Positions 59,427-64,000 of a stretch of 64,000 nucleotides of DNA are shown here, in pieces (position 1 is the stretch's first letter; each line of letters opens with the position of its first letter). The position numbers were made by a program, and so were the translations under genes. The notes beneath the pieces were generated by a model. That model made no database searches. It worked only from the letters and a program-made list of their open reading frames with translations, and was not told where the DNA came from. This DNA comes from an uncultured Armatimonadetes bacterium (GTDB lineage Bacteria; Armatimonadota; Hebobacteria; Hebobacterales; Hebobacteraceae), in contig OY970296.1 of NCBI GenBank assembly GCA_963716175.1, forward strand, positions 1,792,001 to 1,856,000, written 5' to 3'.

Positions 59427-60617
59427 ATGGCGGTACGGCTCCTGATCGAGAACTGCACTGGCTGTCGCCTCTGCCTGCGCGCTTGCCCCTATGGCGCCAT
59501 TGACATGGTGGAGGAGAAGGCCAGCTTCAACGACCACTGCACCCAGTGCGGGGCCTGCGCTTCCTCCTGCAAGTTCGGGGCCATCTTGCTCGAGGTCGCG
59601 TTCACCCGAGACGTTGACACCAGCCAGTACCGCGGGGTGTGGGTGGTGGCGGAGCACCTCCACGGGGAGTTCCGCCGCGGTAGCTACGAGCTGCTCGGCA
59701 AAGGCCGCGAGCTGGCCGACAAGCGCGGCGCGGGGCTGTCCGCGGTGCTGCTGGGTGATCAGGTGGAAGGTCTGGCAGCGGATCTGATCGCACGCGGCGC
59801 GGACCGCGTCTACCTCGCCCAGGACCCAGTGCTGGCGCACTACCGCACCGGCCCCTACACCGACGTGCTTGCCGGGATGATCAACCAGCACAAACCGGAG
59901 ATCGTGCTGGTCTCGGCGACACCGCAAGGCCGCGACCTGGCTCCCCGGGTGGCGGCGAGAGTGTCGGCTGGCCTCACCGCGGACTGCACTGGCCTGGGGA
60001 TTGACGAGGAGGAGGGTCTGCTCGTCCAGACCCGCCCGGCCTTCGGCGGCAACTTGATGGCAACCATCGTCTGCCGCCAGGCGCGGCCGCAGATGGCCAC
60101 CGTCCGGCCCGGGGTGATGAAGGCGCTCCCGCCGGACCCGGCCCGCAATGGCGAGGTGGTGACGGTGCCGGTCCACCTGGATGAGCGGGGCGTGCTCGCC
60201 AAGATCGTCGAGGTGGTGCAGCAAGAAGGCGACGGGCAGGTCAACCTGCAGGATGCGCAGATCATCGTCTCCGGCGGCCGGGGTCTGGGCAAGCCGGAGA
60301 ACTTCGCGCTCATCCGGGAGCTGGCGGAGGTGCTCGGCGGGGCGGTGGGGGCCTCGCGCGCCGCGGTGGACGCGGGCTGGATTCCCGCTTACCACCAGGT
60401 GGGGCAGACCGGCCGCACGGTGCAGCCAAAACTGTACATCGCCTGCGGCATCTCCGGCGCGGTGCAGCACCTGGCCGGCATGGGCAGCTCCGATGTCATC
60501 ATCGCCATCAACAAAGACCCCTCGGCCCCCATCTTCAACATCGCCACCTACGGCGTGGTCGGCGACCTGTTCGAGGTGGTGCCGAAGCTGACCAAGAAGC
60601 TGCGCGAGGTGGTGTAG
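59427..60617 (+). CDS. etfA: Electron transfer flavoprotein alpha subunit with an N-terminal 2x[4Fe-4S] domain
   Basis: CTGCRLC..ACP and CTQCGAC..SC; [28 protein letters not shown] motifs. Confidence 0.95.
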   Translation: MAVRLLIENCTGCRLCLRACPYGAIDMVEEKASFNDHCTQCGACASSCKFGAILLEVAFTRDVDTSQYRGVWVVAEHLHGEFRRGSYELLGKGRELADKRGAGLSAVLLGDQVEGLAADLIARGADRVYLAQDPVLAHYRTGPYTDVLAGMINQHKPEIVLVSATPQGRDLAPRVAARVSAGLTADCTGLGIDEEEGLLVQTRPAFGGNLMATIVCRQARPQMATVRPGVMKALPPDPARNGEVVTVPVHLDERGVLAKIVEVVQQEGDGQVNLQDAQIIVSGGRGLGKPENFALIRELAEVLGGAVGASRAAVDAGWIPAYHQVGQTGRTVQPKLYIACGISGAVQHLAGMGSSDVIIAINKDPSAPIFNIATYGVVGDLFEVVPKLTKKLREVV

Positions 60618-60695
60618 GCCTGCCCTGAGCCTGTCGAAGGGGCAGGCATGTCGGACGCCCGGCTGAGAGGGCAGGAGACATGGTCCTGCCCTACG
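60614..60695. repeat. REP doublet with a nested 23-nt element
   Basis: GTAGG[CCTGCCCTGAGCCTGTCGAAGGG]GCAGG... and GGGCAGGA..TCCTGCCCTAC. Confidence 0.8.
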
Positions 60696-60746
60696 AAGTG
60701 ACGGCGGGTGTCGCTAGTCCCGCAGGCTGAAGGGTAGGGGGCCTGG

Positions 60747-60998
60747 ATGAACCGGAGGCGGTTGCTGAAGCGCCTACTCAGCGGCGCAGTGGCGAACGTA
60801 CCGTTCGCGGATCTCGCGGACTTTGTGAGGGGATTCGGGTTCCACCTGGAGCGCGTGAGCGGGAGCCACCACATCTTCGTTCATCCTGACCTGGCAGAGT
60901 TGGTCAACATCCAGAACGTCCGCGGCGAAGCGAAACCCTATCAGATCAAGCAGCTTCTACGCCTCGTGGAGAGGTATAATCTGAAGCTGGAGGAGTGA
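60747..60998 (+). CDS. hicA: HicA-family toxin
   Basis: GF...RVSGSHHIF.HP and AKPYQIKQ motifs. Confidence 0.92.
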   Translation: MNRRRLLKRLLSGAVANVPFADLADFVRGFGFHLERVSGSHHIFVHPDLAELVNIQNVRGEAKPYQIKQLLRLVERYNLKLEE

Positions 60999-61000
60999 CG

Positions 61001-61222
61001 ATGGCCGATTACCACATCAACATCTTCTACAGCGAAGAGGACGGCGGCTATATCGCGGACATCCCGGATCTCGAATCTTGCTCTGCCTTCGGCGATACTC
61101 CGGAGCAGGCGCTGGGCGAGGTCGAGCGCGCGAAGGAAGCCTGGCTGGATGCTGCCCGCGCCGCGGGCAAACCCATCCCTCCGCCACGCTACCGGCCGGT
61201 CATTTACCAGGTCGCGGGGTGA
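61001..61222 (+). CDS. hicB: HicB-family antitoxin (short form, no DNA-binding domain)
   Basis: EEDGGYIA.IPDL..CSAFGDT.E.AL and G.PIP motifs; directly after hicA. Confidence 0.92.
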   Translation: MADYHINIFYSEEDGGYIADIPDLESCSAFGDTPEQALGEVERAKEAWLDAARAAGKPIPPPRYRPVIYQVAG

Positions 61223-61314
61223 GCAAGAGGGGGAGGAGCCACGTCTATCCGCCTCAGGCGGGCTCCTGCCGTACGAACAACCAAAGTATTGGCCTAAACG
61301 GGAGGGAGGAACAC

Positions 61315-62328
61315 ATGAGAAGATCAGCACTCGTAGTCTCGGCATTAGGTCTTACTGCCTTCTCAGTGTTGACCAGGGCATCTGCAGAGCGGCAGGAACA
61401 GCAACAACCACCGAAGGCCTCTATATGCGCCAGCATATCTATCAAAGGGAAAACGATGGAGCTCAGCGGGACCACCAACCTTCCTGACGGGACACCTCTC
61501 AGATACGACGTGTTCGATCCCAACAAGCCGCTGCCGGACCCAGCAGACACGGTTGCCCGGAGTGATCGTAGCGGGGAGGTATTAGTCAAAGAGGGCAACT
61601 GGTCAGCGCCGCCTATCGATCTCAGTAATCTCAGCCCGGGAAGGCTGGGTGTAACCGTAACTCTAGCGCGTCCCAACCTGCCGCGAGGTTGGGACGCGGA
61701 TGAGACTTGGGGACAGGCCATCGCAGCGGGATACGGTCAGGGTGTCGATTACCGCGGAGATCCGGCCGCAGAGGCCAAGCAGGCGGCGCGATTAGCCGAG
61801 GAGGGAAAAGCAAAGGCAGCCGCCGCGAGGGCAACGCTCGAGAAGGAGAGGCGGGCCAAGGCCGCTGCGGCAAGCCAGCAGGCCAAGAAGGCTGAACGAA
61901 TGAGGCTGAACGCCGTAAAGGTGATCAGTAGTTGGGTCGAGTACAACGCGATCGGAAACCCCGAGGCCTGCGTTGTTATCCTCAACGGCACAAAGCGCAC
62001 TCTGGACGCCTACGAGGCGGACATATTCTGCTACGATAACTTCAATCGGCCCGTAAGGCACTACTCGTCTGGGAGCAACCGTTTCAGGGGCCTGAGTCAG
62101 GACCGGATCGAACCCGGTGAGTACAATGCGCAGCGGGCCGATCCAGAAGTCTGGGACAAGCGTCTTTGGCTCTATGTTGACACGTGGACGCTGTTCGGCC
62201 ATGAGAACACGACCAAGATTCGGGTCAAGGTTGTCAGGGCACATTTTACCGACAACACGGTGTGGACGCCCAGACAAGAGACCAGCCAGCGCGCAACCAA
62301 GAGAAGGTCGAAGTCACGGCGACGGTAG
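61315..62328 (+). CDS. Hypothetical secreted protein (Ig-like domain, coiled linker, DUF5780-like C-terminus)
   Basis: SD GGAGG, signal-like N-terminus, GTTNLPDGT, CYDNFNRPV; lower GC. Confidence 0.7.
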   Translation: MRRSALVVSALGLTAFSVLTRASAERQEQQQPPKASICASISIKGKTMELSGTTNLPDGTPLRYDVFDPNKPLPDPADTVARSDRSGEVLVKEGNWSAPPIDLSNLSPGRLGVTVTLARPNLPRGWDADETWGQAIAAGYGQGVDYRGDPAAEAKQAARLAEEGKAKAAAARATLEKERRAKAAAASQQAKKAERMRLNAVKVISSWVEYNAIGNPEACVVILNGTKRTLDAYEADIFCYDNFNRPVRHYSSGSNRFRGLSQDRIEPGEYNAQRADPEVWDKRLWLYVDTWTLFGHENTTKIRVKVVRAHFTDNTVWTPRQETSQRATKRRSKSRRR

Positions 62329-62366
62329 CTCAGACCTCTTGTTGGCGGAGGGAGGTGAAGAGCGGC

Positions 62367-62570
62367 ATGCCAGAAGACAAGCGCATCGCAAGCAGGAAAG
62401 TCGTGGTGTATTTCTACCAGGGGCCTCAGGGCGGAGGGAGCTTCCACTTCACCAACGAGAGGGGCAGGATCAGTGGCCCGCCAGAGGTACCAAAGGCGAA
62501 GCCGTTCGCCAATATCGAAGAAGCGGTCGAGATGTTCCGCGGCATAGCAGAGGACCTAATGAGGACCTAG
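62367..62570 (+). CDS. Small hypothetical protein (67 aa)
   Basis: Strong SD GGAGGTG at 62351-62357; ordinary globular composition. Confidence 0.55.
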   Translation: MPEDKRIASRKVVVYFYQGPQGGGSFHFTNERGRISGPPEVPKAKPFANIEEAVEMFRGIAEDLMRT

Positions 62571-62982
62571 CTGGGATAGCGCAAAAGCATGTACCGACCA
62601 ACTTGGAGGCCGGGCCGACCTCAAAGTCCACTGACAAGTAGCGGGCAGGAGAACTAGACAACGGCCTCATCGCCCATAGCAGAGTGGGGCGCGGCGAAAT
62701 GGCGTGGGTTGACGCGCTTCCAGAAGGTTGCGTAGGCGTAGGGCAGGACCGTCATCCCCAGGGTCGGCCCGTTTCGCGCTCGGCGGCCGGGGTTGGACTG
62801 CATGTTGCATGTTGGGGAGCTTACCTCCCGCCATTCCTGAGCGAGCGCCGCCGACTTGCCCGCCTCTGGAGTGTCGGGCGGAGGGATATGGCAGGAGCAC
62901 TGCTCCTGCCCAGCGAACAGCGAGCGAGTCGCTCACCGTTGCCCGATCCCCCGGAGTCGACCGGCCGAAGGGGCGGCCGACC

Positions 62983-63789
62983 ATGCTTCTCGCACACGAA
63001 TTCGACAACGCCTCGCTGAACCGAGCGCTGGAGCCATTCCTGGGCATGGCCCACGACCTGCTCGGCGACCAATTGGTCTCGGTTCTCCTGCATGGATCCG
63101 TGGTGTTCGACGACCTGGCCCCTGGCTACGGCGACCTGGACTTCGTGGCCATCGTTGCGGGTGAACTCTCGGAGGAACGGTGTCGTCGGCTTGTTGACCT
63201 GCGCCGACCCCTGCGCGGCGGCGACTGGGGCCCGTTCGGCAAGATGCTGGAAGGCGCTTTCCTGCCCCGCGACCTTCTCGACCCGAAGAAGACGGGAAGC
63301 GCGTTCTGGTGGGGCACCAGCGGAGAGCGGGCCTGGCAGGGCAACCGACTTGGGTGGTTCTGCCTGCACGGCCTGCGTACCGCGGGAATCGTCATCTTCG
63401 GGGAGGACGTGCGGGCTGAGATTCCTCCTGCCAGCCGGGAGAGCTTGCTTGCAGATGCCTGGGCAGACTGCCAGAACATCAAGCAGCACGGCCGAGGTGG
63501 AACGCTGCACTCTGTGGATTGGCTCCTGCAGGCCGCGCGGGTGCTCTTCTGGCTGAAGGAAGGCGAGCTGATCTCCAAGAGCCGGGCCGCTGACTGGGGG
63601 CTTGACCATGTCACAGGCCGCTGGCGGAACCTGCTGCGGCAGGCGAAGGAGATACGGCTCCACCCGCAGCGCGCGGAGTCGCCTGAGGTCAAGCGCTGGC
63701 TTGACGGGCTGACCGAGCCTATCCAAGAGGCGAGTCAGGAACTCGAGCAGGAGTTGCTGGCACTCGGGTTCCGCCCGCCGGCGGCCTGA
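62983..63789 (+). CDS. Nucleotidyltransferase, AadA / DUF4111-like
   Basis: HGS......PGYGDLDF motif; C-terminal AR.L........SK..AADW. Confidence 0.8.
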   Translation: MLLAHEFDNASLNRALEPFLGMAHDLLGDQLVSVLLHGSVVFDDLAPGYGDLDFVAIVAGELSEERCRRLVDLRRPLRGGDWGPFGKMLEGAFLPRDLLDPKKTGSAFWWGTSGERAWQGNRLGWFCLHGLRTAGIVIFGEDVRAEIPPASRESLLADAWADCQNIKQHGRGGTLHSVDWLLQAARVLFWLKEGELISKSRAADWGLDHVTGRWRNLLRQAKEIRLHPQRAESPEVKRWLDGLTEPIQEASQELEQELLALGFRPPAA

Positions 63790-63826
63790 CAGGGGGACTT
63801 CGCGAAGCTGTCGAAGGCTTGGCTCC

Positions 63827-64000
63827 ATGTTGTCATTGCTGATCTGGGCGGCCATCCTCTGCGCCTGTTTCGCCTTCGGCGCGGGGGCGCTGGCGCGGCT
63901 GCGCGCCCGACCCGAGAGCTGGGCCGAGGAGGCGCCTTTCGCCGTCGCGCTCGGGATGGGGCTGTTGGCCTATCTCATACTGGCCGCCGGGCTGCTGGGG
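63827..64000 (+). CDS. Membrane protein, 5' partial (runs off the window)
   Basis: MLSLLIWAAILC...ALGMGLLAYLILAAGLLG; hydrophobic, no stop before the window end. Confidence 0.6.
   Translation, partial: MLSLLIWAAILCACFAFGAGALARLRARPESWAEEAPFAVALGMGLLAYLILAAGLLG

Noticed and set aside
62571-62982. ncRNA or riboswitch in the long intergenic gap
   Set aside because: Only short REP-like hairpins are visible, with no recognisable family. An Rfam scan would be needed.

Overview
GC-rich bacterial chromosomal window, mostly housekeeping genes. The SLH-domain style and gene content suggest Armatimonadota, which is inference only. Core genes: prfB with its programmed +1 frameshift, PBP1A, a site-2 protease, mtnA and an MTA/SAH deaminase, csp, tatA, tRNA-Leu(CAG), a nucleotide-sugar cluster (RmlC-like, KpsF, PMM, ManC), purB/purE/prs/purD, dnaB, rplI, larB/larC, rpe, pdxA2 with a DUF1537 kinase, folE2, an LDH-like MDH, and bcd-etfB-etfA. 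There are also several large secreted glycoside-hydrolase-like proteins. Accessory DNA: a lone UvrD-family helicase inserted exactly at the bcd/etfB stop-start overlap between direct repeats, and a hicAB / hypothetical / nucleotidyltransferase block. The most unusual signal is a layered set of tiny palindromic elements. GTAG-type REPs host 23-26 nt hairpin modules inserted inside them (filled and empty sites are both visible). Copies also sit in frame inside mtnA, pdxA, etfB and a secreted protein. Four genes (DUF4838-like, manC, purB, purE) carry 1-2 nt deletions in homopolymer or dinucleotide runs and are probably assembly errors. No CRISPR array, rRNA, integrase or transposase was seen.
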